Shown here: positions 1 through 8,665 of the stretch, one piece after another | Layout of the letters: each line of letters opens with the position of its first letter | How positions within the stretch are numbered: the first letter of the stretch is position 1 | NCBI GenBank assembly: GCA_963675595.2 | Contig: CAXXLZ010000002.1 | Coordinates: 4,480,001-4,544,000 of the forward strand | DNA length: 64,000 nt | Source: Thermodesulfobacteriota bacterium | GTDB lineage: Bacteria; Desulfobacterota; Desulfarculia; JACQYL01 | Reading direction: 5' to 3' | Notes under the pieces: model-generated | The model's input: only the letters and a program-made list of their open reading frames with translations | The model's database searches: none | What the model was told of the DNA's origin: nothing | Program-made: the position numbers and the translations under genes

Positions 1-120
1 AACTTGCGGGAGGCGGGCAGGTTTGCCGACTCGGTGCTTCGGGTTAGAAGGAGCGAGTTCTATCGGTACGTGAAGCGGGCGACCTTGGATTGGGTCACGA
101 ATAAGGAAAAGCCGCAGTGA
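1..120 (+). CDS. 3' end of an upstream gene, probably a glycosyltransferase (partial)
   Basis: Frame 1 is open from the window edge (NLREAGRFADSVLRVRRSEFYRYVKRATLDW...) to TGA at 118-120, which overlaps the next GTG start (GTGA coupling). Confidence 0.5.
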   Translation, partial: NLREAGRFADSVLRVRRSEFYRYVKRATLDWVTNKEKPQ

Positions 121-1253
121 GAGTTCTGCACTTGCTGAAAACCTCCGTGGGAGCTTCTTGGGCCCTCCGTCAGACGCGTGAGCTGGCCCGGCTCGGTGTG
201 GAGGTGCATGTGGCCCTTCCTTCGGGACCTCTCGTGCAGCGGTATGTCGACGTCGGGGTGAGAGTACACGAAGAATGCTTCGATATCCCGTTGGGGCGCC
301 CCTGGGAGATTCCCCATATTCTCTCGCGGCTCAGGCGTTTGGTCGCTTTGGTACGGCCTGATCTGATTCACAGTCATTTCCCGGCGACCACGCTCATGGC
401 CAGGGCGGCCTTGGGGAAGGACCACAAGACGCCCAGAGTCTTTCAAGTACCGGGGCCTCTGCATCTGGAGCATCCCTTGTTTCGCGATCTGGAGGTTGCT
501 TCGGCGGGTTCCGCGGACTACTGGATCGGTTCCTGTCGTTGGACGGTCCGGAAATATCGGACCCTCGGAATTCCGCCGGACCGGATCTTCTTCTCCTACT
601 ATGGGACCGACGTGGAATACGCCGAAGAAGGCAAGAAAGGAGCGCTTCGGAACCTGATCGGAGTGGGGGCGGAAACACCGATTATAGGCATGGTGGCCTA
701 CATGTACGCCCCGAAAAGACTGTTCGGGCAGTGCAAAGGGCTGAAAGGGCACGAAGACCTGATCGACGCTCTGGCATGGTGCCTCGACCGACGGCCGGGA
801 TTGAAGGGTGTTTTTATCGGCGGAGCCTGGAACGGCGCCTTCCGATATGAGGGGAAAATCAGAGCCTACGGGAGAGCTCGATGCGGGGATTCGGTCGTTT
901 TCTTGGGTACGAGGGATGATGTGCACAAGCTCTATCCGGATTTCGATTTGGCCGTACATCCTTCCCATTCCGAGAACGTGGGAGGAGCGGTGGAGTCCTT
1001 CCTGCACGGTATCCCGACCGTTACCACGGATGTCGGCGGATTCCCGGACTTGGTGGAACCTGGAGTGACGGGTTGGCTGGTTCGGCCTCGGGACCCGGTG
1101 GGCTTGGGCCGTGCCGTGCTCGGGGCATTGGAAGACCCCGAACGATCCCGCCGGATGGCGTATGCGGGACGGGAAAAGACCCGAAAGTTGTTCGATGTGA
1201 TCAAGACCGCCAAGGAAGTGCGGGAAATCTATCTGCGAATTCTGAACGCCTAG
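117..1253 (+). CDS. Glycosyltransferase family 4 (GT-B)
   Basis: PDLIHSH, KGHEDL and HPSHSENVGGAVESFLHGIPTVTTDVGGFPDLV, the GT4 nucleotide-sugar binding region. Confidence 0.92.
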   Translation: MRVLHLLKTSVGASWALRQTRELARLGVEVHVALPSGPLVQRYVDVGVRVHEECFDIPLGRPWEIPHILSRLRRLVALVRPDLIHSHFPATTLMARAALGKDHKTPRVFQVPGPLHLEHPLFRDLEVASAGSADYWIGSCRWTVRKYRTLGIPPDRIFFSYYGTDVEYAEEGKKGALRNLIGVGAETPIIGMVAYMYAPKRLFGQCKGLKGHEDLIDALAWCLDRRPGLKGVFIGGAWNGAFRYEGKIRAYGRARCGDSVVFLGTRDDVHKLYPDFDLAVHPSHSENVGGAVESFLHGIPTVTTDVGGFPDLVEPGVTGWLVRPRDPVGLGRAVLGALEDPERSRRMAYAGREKTRKLFDVIKTAKEVREIYLRILNA

Positions 1254-1389
1254 CTGTTGTCCGGCACGATTTTCCGCAAACCTTCATGGAGTGAACCCGG
1301 CCAAAGGTTAATTTCACGGCGGGAGCTAGGGCGGAGTGCCGGGCCGCCTCTCACGCGGACTTGGGTAAGGCCCCTTTCTGGAACAACCG

Positions 1390-2076
1390 ATGCGGCGTAG
1401 CGAAGTTTCGACCCCCATATTCGCCGGATGCGCGCGGTTCGAAGCCGGCAACCGGCTTGATAGTCGGTTCAAACGTCGAATGGATTTCTGGGGTGCGTTG
1501 TCGGCCCTGGTCTTACTATCTCCCGTGTTCCTGCTGGTGTATTGTCTGGTCTTCAGCTTCATGGGAAGACCCGTGTATTTTTCCCAGATCAGAGCGGGAC
1601 GGAGGGGCCGTCCCTTCAGGTTGTACAAATTTCGAACCATGGAGGATACCCGGGACGATCAAGGCCGACTATTGCCCGACGCGGTCAGGATCACTCCCCT
1701 GGGGCGTATGCTCCGGTCCTCTTCGTTGGACGAGTTGCCCCAACTCTGGAACGTACTGAGGGGCGATATGAGTCTGGTGGGTCCACGTCCACTCCCCGTC
1801 GCCTATTTGGAACGTTACGATTCGGTACAGATGCGCAGGCACGATGTGAAGCCCGGATTGACCGGACTGGCCCAGGTGTTGGGACGAAACCGGTTAGGTT
1901 GGGATGAGCGATTCCGATTGGACGTTTGGTATGTGGACCACAGGTCTTTGCTCTTGGAGCTCGGAATCATCGCGAAGACTTTTGAAAAGCTCCTGAAGCG
2001 GGACGGCATTTCGCATCCGGGTTCGGCGACCATGTCGGAATTTCGGGGGAATTCCGGTCTGGAATCCGCCTCCTAG
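1390..2076 (+). CDS. Undecaprenyl-phosphate glycosylphosphotransferase (PglC/sugar transferase family)
   Basis: KRxMD, one membrane segment, FRLYKFRTM, SLDELPQLWNVLRGDMSLVGPRP, KPGLTGLAQV. Confidence 0.93.
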   Translation: MRRSEVSTPIFAGCARFEAGNRLDSRFKRRMDFWGALSALVLLSPVFLLVYCLVFSFMGRPVYFSQIRAGRRGRPFRLYKFRTMEDTRDDQGRLLPDAVRITPLGRMLRSSSLDELPQLWNVLRGDMSLVGPRPLPVAYLERYDSVQMRRHDVKPGLTGLAQVLGRNRLGWDERFRLDVWYVDHRSLLLELGIIAKTFEKLLKRDGISHPGSATMSEFRGNSGLESAS

Positions 2077-2212
2077 CCGCTGAGATCGTCCTGCCCGATG
2101 GGCGGCGACGTCTTTTTGCGGGTATGGAAGAAACCGGCCGGGGAAACTCGGTCGTTTCTTGTTATAAACGAAGACCGTTTTCGGCCTTTAACTGAGGACG
2201 AGTTCCAAGCAT

Positions 2213-3391
2213 ATGGTTGAAGGCAAACAAGTGGGGGAACCGGTTATCGAGCAACGGCATGGAAAGTCGGATTTCATCTTTCTTTCTCCTCCTCATCTTT
2301 CGGGGACGGAATTGAAGTATGTAGCCGAAGCCTTCGCAACGAATTACGTGGCTCCTTTGGGTCCCATGACCGAGGCGTTTGAAGAGGAGTTCCGTCGCAG
2401 GTTGGGATTCAAAGCGGCCGTATCCGTGAACAGCGGCACCGCGGCGCTGCATCTCGCGCTTCATGTGTTGGGTGTGAGCAAGGGCGATGAGGTGTTGGTT
2501 TCCGACTTGACGTTCATCGGAGGTGTATCCCCAGTGGTCTATTTGGGGGCCACGCCGGTATTCATCGATTCCGAACGGGCTTCGTGGAATATGGACCCGG
2601 ATCTCCTGGCCGAGGAATTGGCCTGCCGTGCCGCGAAGGGGAATCCGCCCAAAGCCGTGGTGCCCACGGATCTGTACGGACAGAGTTCGGACGTGGACCG
2701 CCTTGTCGAGGCATGCAACCGGTACGAGGTTCCCGTGGTGCTGGATTCCGCCGAGGCTTTGGGGGCCACGTATAAGGGCGGGAGCGCCGGCTTGGGAGGC
2801 AAAGCCGCGATCTTCTCCTTCAACGGCAACAAGATCATTACGACCTCGGGGGGAGGCATGCTCGCCTCCAACGATCCCGATCTCATCGCCAAGGCCCGTT
2901 TCCTGGCACAACAGGCCAGAGAGCCCGCGATCCATTACGAGCACAGGCAAATCGGATACAATTACCGCATGAGCAACATCCTGGCGGCCATCGGCTTGGG
3001 ACAGATTTCCGTCCTGGACGAAAGAGTTCGGCAGCGGCGAAAGGTGTTTTCCTACTACCAAGACCGACTTGGGGATCTTCCCGGAATTGAGTTCATGCCG
3101 GAGGCCTCGTACGGGGTTTGCTCTCGTTGGCTGACGGTGGTTCTGATCACCCCGGAACTTTTCGGACGGAATCGCGAGGATGTGTGCACCGCTTTGAAGG
3201 AGGCGAACATCGAGTCGCGACCCGTGTGGAAGCCGATGCACCTGCAACCCGTGTTCGAGGGTTTTCGGGTCCGCGGGGGCGCGGTGAGCGAAGACTTGTT
3301 TCGGCGAGGCTTGTGTTTGCCCTCGGGCTCGGCCATGACCGAGCAGGACCTGGATCGCGTGGTTTCCGTGGTTCGGTCGTGCGGCTCCTGA
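2213..3391 (+). CDS. DegT/DnrJ/EryC1/StrS PLP-dependent sugar aminotransferase (PglE-like)
   Basis: SGTAALHLAL, DSAEALGA, SFNGNKIITTSGGG (PLP lysine), GYNYRMSN, GLCLPSGS. Confidence 0.93.
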   Translation: MVEGKQVGEPVIEQRHGKSDFIFLSPPHLSGTELKYVAEAFATNYVAPLGPMTEAFEEEFRRRLGFKAAVSVNSGTAALHLALHVLGVSKGDEVLVSDLTFIGGVSPVVYLGATPVFIDSERASWNMDPDLLAEELACRAAKGNPPKAVVPTDLYGQSSDVDRLVEACNRYEVPVVLDSAEALGATYKGGSAGLGGKAAIFSFNGNKIITTSGGGMLASNDPDLIAKARFLAQQAREPAIHYEHRQIGYNYRMSNILAAIGLGQISVLDERVRQRRKVFSYYQDRLGDLPGIEFMPEASYGVCSRWLTVVLITPELFGRNREDVCTALKEANIESRPVWKPMHLQPVFEGFRVRGGAVSEDLFRRGLCLPSGSAMTEQDLDRVVSVVRSCGS

Positions 3392-3507
3392 AGTACCGAG
3401 TGCCGAGAGGGGGGCTGCCCGGCAAAGGAGTCCGGCCGAAGAGTATGACGACCTATTGACAGTTGCCGATTGAATTGCTAAAAAGAGCCATATTACCTTC
3501 ACAAGAT

Positions 3508-3600
3508 GGGCTTGGATCCAGAGGGTCGGACCGAGACTCGAAAGGGAATTCCGAACAGCGCCCGAGACCGGATGAGAAGCGTCACCGGTACAAGGGAGAT
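3508..3600 (+). ncRNA. pan RNA motif-like cis-regulatory leader
   Basis: CTTGG(A)TCC...GGACCGAG hairpin with a bulged A followed by AC, and a second GAGACCGG...CCGGT hairpin, directly upstream of panC-panD. pan RNAs are known upstream of pantothenate genes in deltaproteobacteria. Confidence 0.7.
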
Positions 3601-3626
3601 CACGCTCGGAAGAGGTTGAATCCTTG

Positions 3627-3659
3627 AACCTTTCGGTCGCCCGGCCGGAGGGTTTTTTT
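3627..3659 (+). terminator. Intrinsic terminator/attenuator immediately before panC
   Basis: AACCTTTCGGTC-GCCC-GGCCGGAGGGTT stem with G:U pairs, then a T run abutting the GTG start. Confidence 0.7.
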
Positions 3660-4505
3660 GTGGAATTGATTCGGGATGTCCGACAAATGCGTTTGTGGTC
3701 CCTCGATTTGAGGAGGGAAGGCAAACGCATTTCTTTTGTTCCCACCATGGGATTCCTGCATGAGGGACATTTGAGCCTCATCAGGGCCGCCCGGAAGGCC
3801 GGCGATGCGGTGGTGGTGAGCATTTTCGTCAATCCCACTCAATTCGGCCCCCAGGAGGATCTGGATGCCTACCCGCGAGATCTGGACCGGGATATGGCTT
3901 TGTGCCGTGAGGAAGGTGTGGACCTCATCTATCACCCGGAACCCGGAAGTATGTACCCCGAGGGGTTTCAGACCTACGTGGAGGTGGAAGGTGTGAGCCG
4001 AGGGCTGTGCGGAGCGAGCAGACCCGGCCATTTTCGCGGGGTGGCCACGGTGGTGGCCAAGCTGTTCAATCAGGTGGCTCCCCACGCGGCGTTTTTCGGC
4101 ATGAAGGACTTCCAGCAGGTCGCCGTCATTCGCCGGATGGTTCGGGATCTGGACATGGACGTGGAAGTGCTCGGATGCCCCACGGTGAGGGAATCCGACG
4201 GTCTGGCCATGAGTTCCAGGAACGTCTACCTGAGCCCGGAGGGTCGCAAGGCGGCTCTGTGTCTGCATCGCTCCATCCTGCTCGCTCGGAAACTGCTCGA
4301 CGAAGGGGTACGGGAGAGCTCGGAGATCACGGAAAAAGTGACACGGCTCATTGGGGATGAGCCGTTGGCGCGGATCGATTACGTGGAAATCAGACACCCG
4401 GATACATTGGAACCGTTGCCCGTAATCAGCGAGCGTGGAGTGCTCCTCCTTGCCGTGCGGGTGGAAAAAGCCAGGCTCATTGACAACGGTTTGTTGCCGG
4501 AATGA
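3660..4505 (+). CDS. panC: Pantoate-beta-alanine ligase
   Basis: FVPTMGFLHEGHLSL, SIFVNPTQF, RPGHFRGVATVV, FGMKDFQQ, GLAMSSRN. GTG start at 3660 chosen. Confidence 0.97.
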   Translation: MELIRDVRQMRLWSLDLRREGKRISFVPTMGFLHEGHLSLIRAARKAGDAVVVSIFVNPTQFGPQEDLDAYPRDLDRDMALCREEGVDLIYHPEPGSMYPEGFQTYVEVEGVSRGLCGASRPGHFRGVATVVAKLFNQVAPHAAFFGMKDFQQVAVIRRMVRDLDMDVEVLGCPTVRESDGLAMSSRNVYLSPEGRKAALCLHRSILLARKLLDEGVRESSEITEKVTRLIGDEPLARIDYVEIRHPDTLEPLPVISERGVLLLAVRVEKARLIDNGLLPE

Positions 4506-4516
4506 AAGGGAGAAAC

Positions 4517-4912
4517 ATGGAGCGCATCCTGTTGAAGTCCAAAATCCATCGGGCCACGATTACGGAAGCGGACCTCCACTATGAAGGAAGCATGGCCATT
4601 GACCTGAACCTTCTGGAGGCGGCAAACATTGTACCCTACGAAATGGTGCGGGTGTACAACATCAACAATGGAGCGCGCTTCGAGACCTACGCCATCGAAG
4701 CGCCGCGTGGATCCGGTACGATTTCCCTGAATGGAGCGGCGGCCCGGATGGGGCATAGAGGCGATTTGGTGATCGTCACCACCTTTGTGAACGTGAAGGA
4801 AGAGGAAGTGGCGAAGCACCGGCCGGTGCTGGTATTCGTTGGTGAAGGGAACGGGATCGGCGAAATTACCCGTGAACCCGAGGAACCGTGTAGAGTGCGT
4901 TCCGTGGGCTGA
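4517..4912 (+). CDS. panD: Aspartate 1-decarboxylase
   Basis: LKSKIHRATITEADLHYEG-S self-cleavage site, NGARFETY, LNGAAAR. Confidence 0.97.
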   Translation: MERILLKSKIHRATITEADLHYEGSMAIDLNLLEAANIVPYEMVRVYNINNGARFETYAIEAPRGSGTISLNGAAARMGHRGDLVIVTTFVNVKEEEVAKHRPVLVFVGEGNGIGEITREPEEPCRVRSVG

Positions 4913-4938
4913 AACCGGCGGACCGGGAGCGTGAAAAG

Positions 4939-4970
4939 ATCGGGGCGGGAACGGGAGCCCCGATTTTTTT
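4939..4970 (+). terminator. Intrinsic terminator after panD
   Basis: ATCGGGGC...GCCCCGAT stem followed by a T run. Confidence 0.75.
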
Positions 4971-4971
4971 A

Positions 4972-5006
4972 TTGACGAATAAACGATCGTTTGATACGAA
5001 CGTTCG
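4972..5006 (+). promoter_or_regulatory. Promoter with tandem palindromic operators, probably TetR autoregulation
   Basis: TTGACG at 4972, perfect palindromes AAACGATCGTTT (4981-4992) and CGAACGTTCG (4997-5006) just before the tetR gene. Confidence 0.65.
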
Positions 5007-5028
5007 AAACATCCGGAAGCAGGGCTTC

Positions 5029-5775
5029 ATGACCCAAATCTCGAATAATGAAAAAGTCGAAGACACGAGGGAGCGAATCCTGGACGAGGCGGAAATTCTT
5101 TTCGCCGGGCAGGGCTACCACGCCGTCAGTGTCCGTGAAATTACCTCCGCGGCTCAGTGCAACCTCGCCGCGGTGAACTATCATTTCGGCAACAAACACA
5201 ACCTCTACCTCGAAGTATTCCGTTCCCGCGTGATCCCAAGGGCCGAAAGGCTCCATAGAGCCTTTGAAGCTTTTCTGGAGGAAGAACCGGAAACTTCAAC
5301 CGAGGCGGTCGTTCGTTCCCTGGCGCGAACGTTTCTCCAAGGCCCTTTGAGCGATGCGGAGCGGGAACGACATTACAGCCTGATCAGCCGTGAATTGGCT
5401 TTGGCCACCGAGGCTTTCGAGATGCTGGCTCAAAGAGCCTTCCAACCTTTCCTTCAGAGACTCTACCGTCTCCTGTTTCCGCAGCTTGATCCGGAGAGGT
5501 ACAAAGTCGAGGGCAAATTGCAGCTTCTGTGCCTCATCGCCCAAGTGCTCTATTTCAACTTTGCCAGGGCCAATGTCACACGGGTAACCGGATGTGAATA
5601 TGATGAACGCTTCAAAGCCCAAATCGTGGAAGCCATCACCCGGTTCTCGTTGCATGGCCTGACTTCCGATCCACGGGACTTCGACGGGAACGCGTCGGCC
5701 CTCGGCCGGGAAGCCGATCCCGAACGCAACGTGACGCGCCCGGAGCGTCTCGCATCCATGTCCGCCAAGGAGTAG
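5029..5775 (+). CDS. TetR/AcrR family regulator (CecR/YbiH-like C-terminus)
   Basis: TRERILDEAEILFAGQGYHAVSVREIT...NLAAVNYHFGNKHNLY helix-turn-helix. Confidence 0.92.
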   Translation: MTQISNNEKVEDTRERILDEAEILFAGQGYHAVSVREITSAAQCNLAAVNYHFGNKHNLYLEVFRSRVIPRAERLHRAFEAFLEEEPETSTEAVVRSLARTFLQGPLSDAERERHYSLISRELALATEAFEMLAQRAFQPFLQRLYRLLFPQLDPERYKVEGKLQLLCLIAQVLYFNFARANVTRVTGCEYDERFKAQIVEAITRFSLHGLTSDPRDFDGNASALGREADPERNVTRPERLASMSAKE

Positions 5776-5944
5776 CCGTGGATTCCGTCGGACGGCAAGA
5801 CCCCGGTCGATTCTTTCCCGAGCCGAATTTCCGCCGGGTATCGTAAATTCCCGGTTCTCGCGGCACGACAATCCGGGCGGAGCCGGAAGCCCGGGCCGCA
5901 ATAGTCCACCTTCTCGTAATCTCATGCCGTTGGCCGGTGAAACG

Positions 5945-7363
5945 ATGAAACAGACGATTCGAATCCTTTGTTTGGTTATGATGCTGCCTTGGTTGGGAAG
6001 TTGCATCAAGCTCGGTCCGGAGTATCGAAGGCCCGACCCTCCGTCCCCGGTTCCCCCGGCGTATCAAAACGCCGGCACGGACGAAGCCGATTCATGGTCG
6101 GATGCCTGGTGGCGGGAGTTCGCCAATCCCGAGATCGATCAATACGTCCGGGAGGCGCTGGGTCACAATCTGGACATCCAACAGGCCACCGCACGTATCC
6201 TCGAGTTACGCGCGGACCTGCGGGTGACTCGTTCGGATCGGTTTCCCTCGCTGGACGTCCGTGGACAATTCGAAAAAGAAAGATATGCCGCCCGAGAGAC
6301 GGACACCTTCAGTGTGTCTCTCCCGGCAAGCTTTGAATTGGACCTATGGGGGCGCTTGGCCGGATTGGAGGAAGCGGCGCGGGCCGATCTCCTGGCGGTC
6401 GAATCCAGTCGGAGGACCGTCGCCCAAGCCGTCATCGCGGAAACGGTGAGCCTGTACCTCGAAATGGAATCCTTTGAACGACGCATCCAAATCACGGAGC
6501 AGAGCATCGAGAATTATCGTCGGAGCCTGCGGTTGGTTCAGGGGAGGTACGAACGCGGGTTGACGTCGATTCTCGATCTGCGCCAAGCAAGAAGAACGTT
6601 GGCGGGAGCCGAGGCGGAGCTGCCTCTGCTGCGCAGGAGTCTTGGAATCACGCAGCAGAAGCTTTCCGTGCTCATCGGACGATATCCGGAGACGAGGCCG
6701 GCTCGAACCCACCCTCCGGATTATTTCAAACATCTTCCGCCGATACCCTCGGGCCTGCCGTCGGAACTCGTGGAACGCCGTCCCGACATAGCGGCGTCCG
6801 AGGCCGCGTTAACGGCGTTGAACGCTCGAGTGGGCGCCGCATTGGCGGCTCGTTTCCCCAGAATCCAACTAACCGGAAACTTCGGGTACGCCAGCGAGGA
6901 ACTCGGTTCTCTGGTTACGCCGGGAAACCAGATTTGGAGTCTGGCCGCGGGGATCCTCCAACCTCTGTTCGACGCGGGTGCACTGAAGGCTTCTCAGAGG
7001 AGGGCCGAGGCCCGCTACAGGCGGGGCGTCGCCGAATATGCCAGAACCGTGCTCGATGCCTTTGCGGAGGTGGAGGAGGCTTTGCTCTCCAGGAAAGAGC
7101 AGCTGGAAAGGCGGGAACGAGTGCTGGTGTTTCTGGAGGAGGCACGGGCCACTCAGCAGGTGGCGGAAACGCGTTATGAGCGGGGCGTACAGGATTACCT
7201 CTCCGTTTTGGACGCGCAACAGACTCGTTTCGGTGCGGAAGATACCTTGGTGCAGGCGGACTTGGCCGTGCTCGCCAATCGGGTGACACTGCACAGGGTC
7301 TTGGGTGGAGGATGGGGGGAATTACCTCCGGTGAACACCGAAGACACCCTCTGGATTTTTTGA
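5945..7363 (+). CDS. RND efflux outer membrane lipoprotein (OprM/NodT family)
   Basis: Lipobox LGSC, SFELDLWGR, LPSELVERRPDIAASEA, LGGGW near the C-terminus. Confidence 0.93.
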   Translation: MKQTIRILCLVMMLPWLGSCIKLGPEYRRPDPPSPVPPAYQNAGTDEADSWSDAWWREFANPEIDQYVREALGHNLDIQQATARILELRADLRVTRSDRFPSLDVRGQFEKERYAARETDTFSVSLPASFELDLWGRLAGLEEAARADLLAVESSRRTVAQAVIAETVSLYLEMESFERRIQITEQSIENYRRSLRLVQGRYERGLTSILDLRQARRTLAGAEAELPLLRRSLGITQQKLSVLIGRYPETRPARTHPPDYFKHLPPIPSGLPSELVERRPDIAASEAALTALNARVGAALAARFPRIQLTGNFGYASEELGSLVTPGNQIWSLAAGILQPLFDAGALKASQRRAEARYRRGVAEYARTVLDAFAEVEEALLSRKEQLERRERVLVFLEEARATQQVAETRYERGVQDYLSVLDAQQTRFGAEDTLVQADLAVLANRVTLHRVLGGGWGELPPVNTEDTLWIF

Positions 7364-7483
7364 CGGAAGATATTGAGGAGTAAGGCGGCGTCGCCGCCGA
7401 AGTCCGAGAGAACTCGGATGAAAGGGACTGAAAGCGATCCGCTTTTCGGTCCGGAATGACTCAAACCAAAGAGTGTTAAAACC

Positions 7484-8665
7484 ATGAGCAAAGCAAAGAG
7501 AAGAGTCATCCACATTGTGCTGACCCTGGCCCTGGTTGGTTCCGGAATCATGGGGTTGGCGGCGTTGACCGCGAGCAAAAGCGAAATCAAGAAGGATTTG
7601 CCTCCGCCTCCGGTGCCCGTGGTGCGAACCCGGGCCGTGGAGGCCGGAAACCTCGTGATTCCGATCCACGGACAGGGAACCGTGAGCGCGTTGCGCGAGA
7701 TCAGCATGGTCCCGCAGGTAAGCGGTAAAGTGGTCCATATGTCGCCGTCCCTGATCAATGGAGGCGAGTTTCAAAAGGGCGACGTGCTGTTGAAAATCGA
7801 TCCGGTGGATTACGAGTTGGCGGTAACCCTGGCCCGCGCCAAAGTGAAGGACTCGGAAAGCAACCTGAGGATCGCGGAAGAGACGGCGGCCATGGCCGTC
7901 GAGGAGTGGAGAGAGCATGTCGGCGGTTCCGGAAAAGAACGGACGCCTCCGCCCCTGGTGGCCAAGGAGCCTCAACTCCTCGCGGCGCAAGCCAAGCTGG
8001 ACGCCGACCGGGCGGAACTGCGCAAGGCGGTCCTGAACCTGGATCGGACGGTGATTCGCGCACCCTTCGAGGGGCGTGTGGACTCCAAACGCGTGGATAT
8101 CGGCCAGTACGTCACCGCGGGCCAGAATCTGGCCACCCTGTTTTCCACGGAAGCGGTGGAAATCGTAGTGCCCTTGGAGGACGCGGATTTGCAGTGGTTC
8201 CAGGTACCGGGCTTCACTCAGGGGAAAGGCCCCGGGTCCGAGGCGGTGGTCGGGGCCCGACTGGCGGGAGAGGAGCGAACCTGGAAAGGCCGAGTCGTGA
8301 GGGCCGAAGGCAAGATGGATGAGGAATCCCGCATGGTGAGGGTGGTGGTTCGGGTGGAACGGCCTTATGCGGCAAGGCCGCCCCTGGCGGTGGGTCTTTT
8401 TGTGACCGTGGATATTCGGGGTGACGCGCTACCCCAAGCCGCGGTCATTCCCCGGGCCGCTCTGCGCGCCGGGGACATGGTTTGGGTGGTGGAGGACCGG
8501 ACGCTCAAGTTCAGAAAGGTTTCGGTGGCCCTGGTGCAGGGAGACAGAGCCGTGATTGCGGGTGGGCTTTCCCATGGAGAGCGGGTGGCGGTCTCCGGCT
8601 TGAAGGCCGTGACGGACGGTATGACCGTGCGCCCGGTGGCCGAAGAGGAGCTCGAACAGTCATGA
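7484..8665 (+). CDS. RND efflux periplasmic adaptor (membrane fusion protein)
   Basis: N-terminal TM, PQVSGKV lipoyl half, coiled coil, TVIRAPFEGRV, position between OMF and RND genes. Confidence 0.92.
   Translation: MSKAKRRVIHIVLTLALVGSGIMGLAALTASKSEIKKDLPPPPVPVVRTRAVEAGNLVIPIHGQGTVSALREISMVPQVSGKVVHMSPSLINGGEFQKGDVLLKIDPVDYELAVTLARAKVKDSESNLRIAEETAAMAVEEWREHVGGSGKERTPPPLVAKEPQLLAAQAKLDADRAELRKAVLNLDRTVIRAPFEGRVDSKRVDIGQYVTAGQNLATLFSTEAVEIVVPLEDADLQWFQVPGFTQGKGPGSEAVVGARLAGEERTWKGRVVRAEGKMDEESRMVRVVVRVERPYAARPPLAVGLFVTVDIRGDALPQAAVIPRAALRAGDMVWVVEDRTLKFRKVSVALVQGDRAVIAGGLSHGERVAVSGLKAVTDGMTVRPVAEEELEQS

Noticed and set aside
2162-3838. Long antisense or alternate-frame ORFs (e.g. 2162-3838, 9739-11406, 14742-16337, 18118-19635, 54200-55690, 59675-61390, 61429-63246)
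   Set aside because: They shadow well-supported genes in high-GC DNA and show no recognisable motifs.
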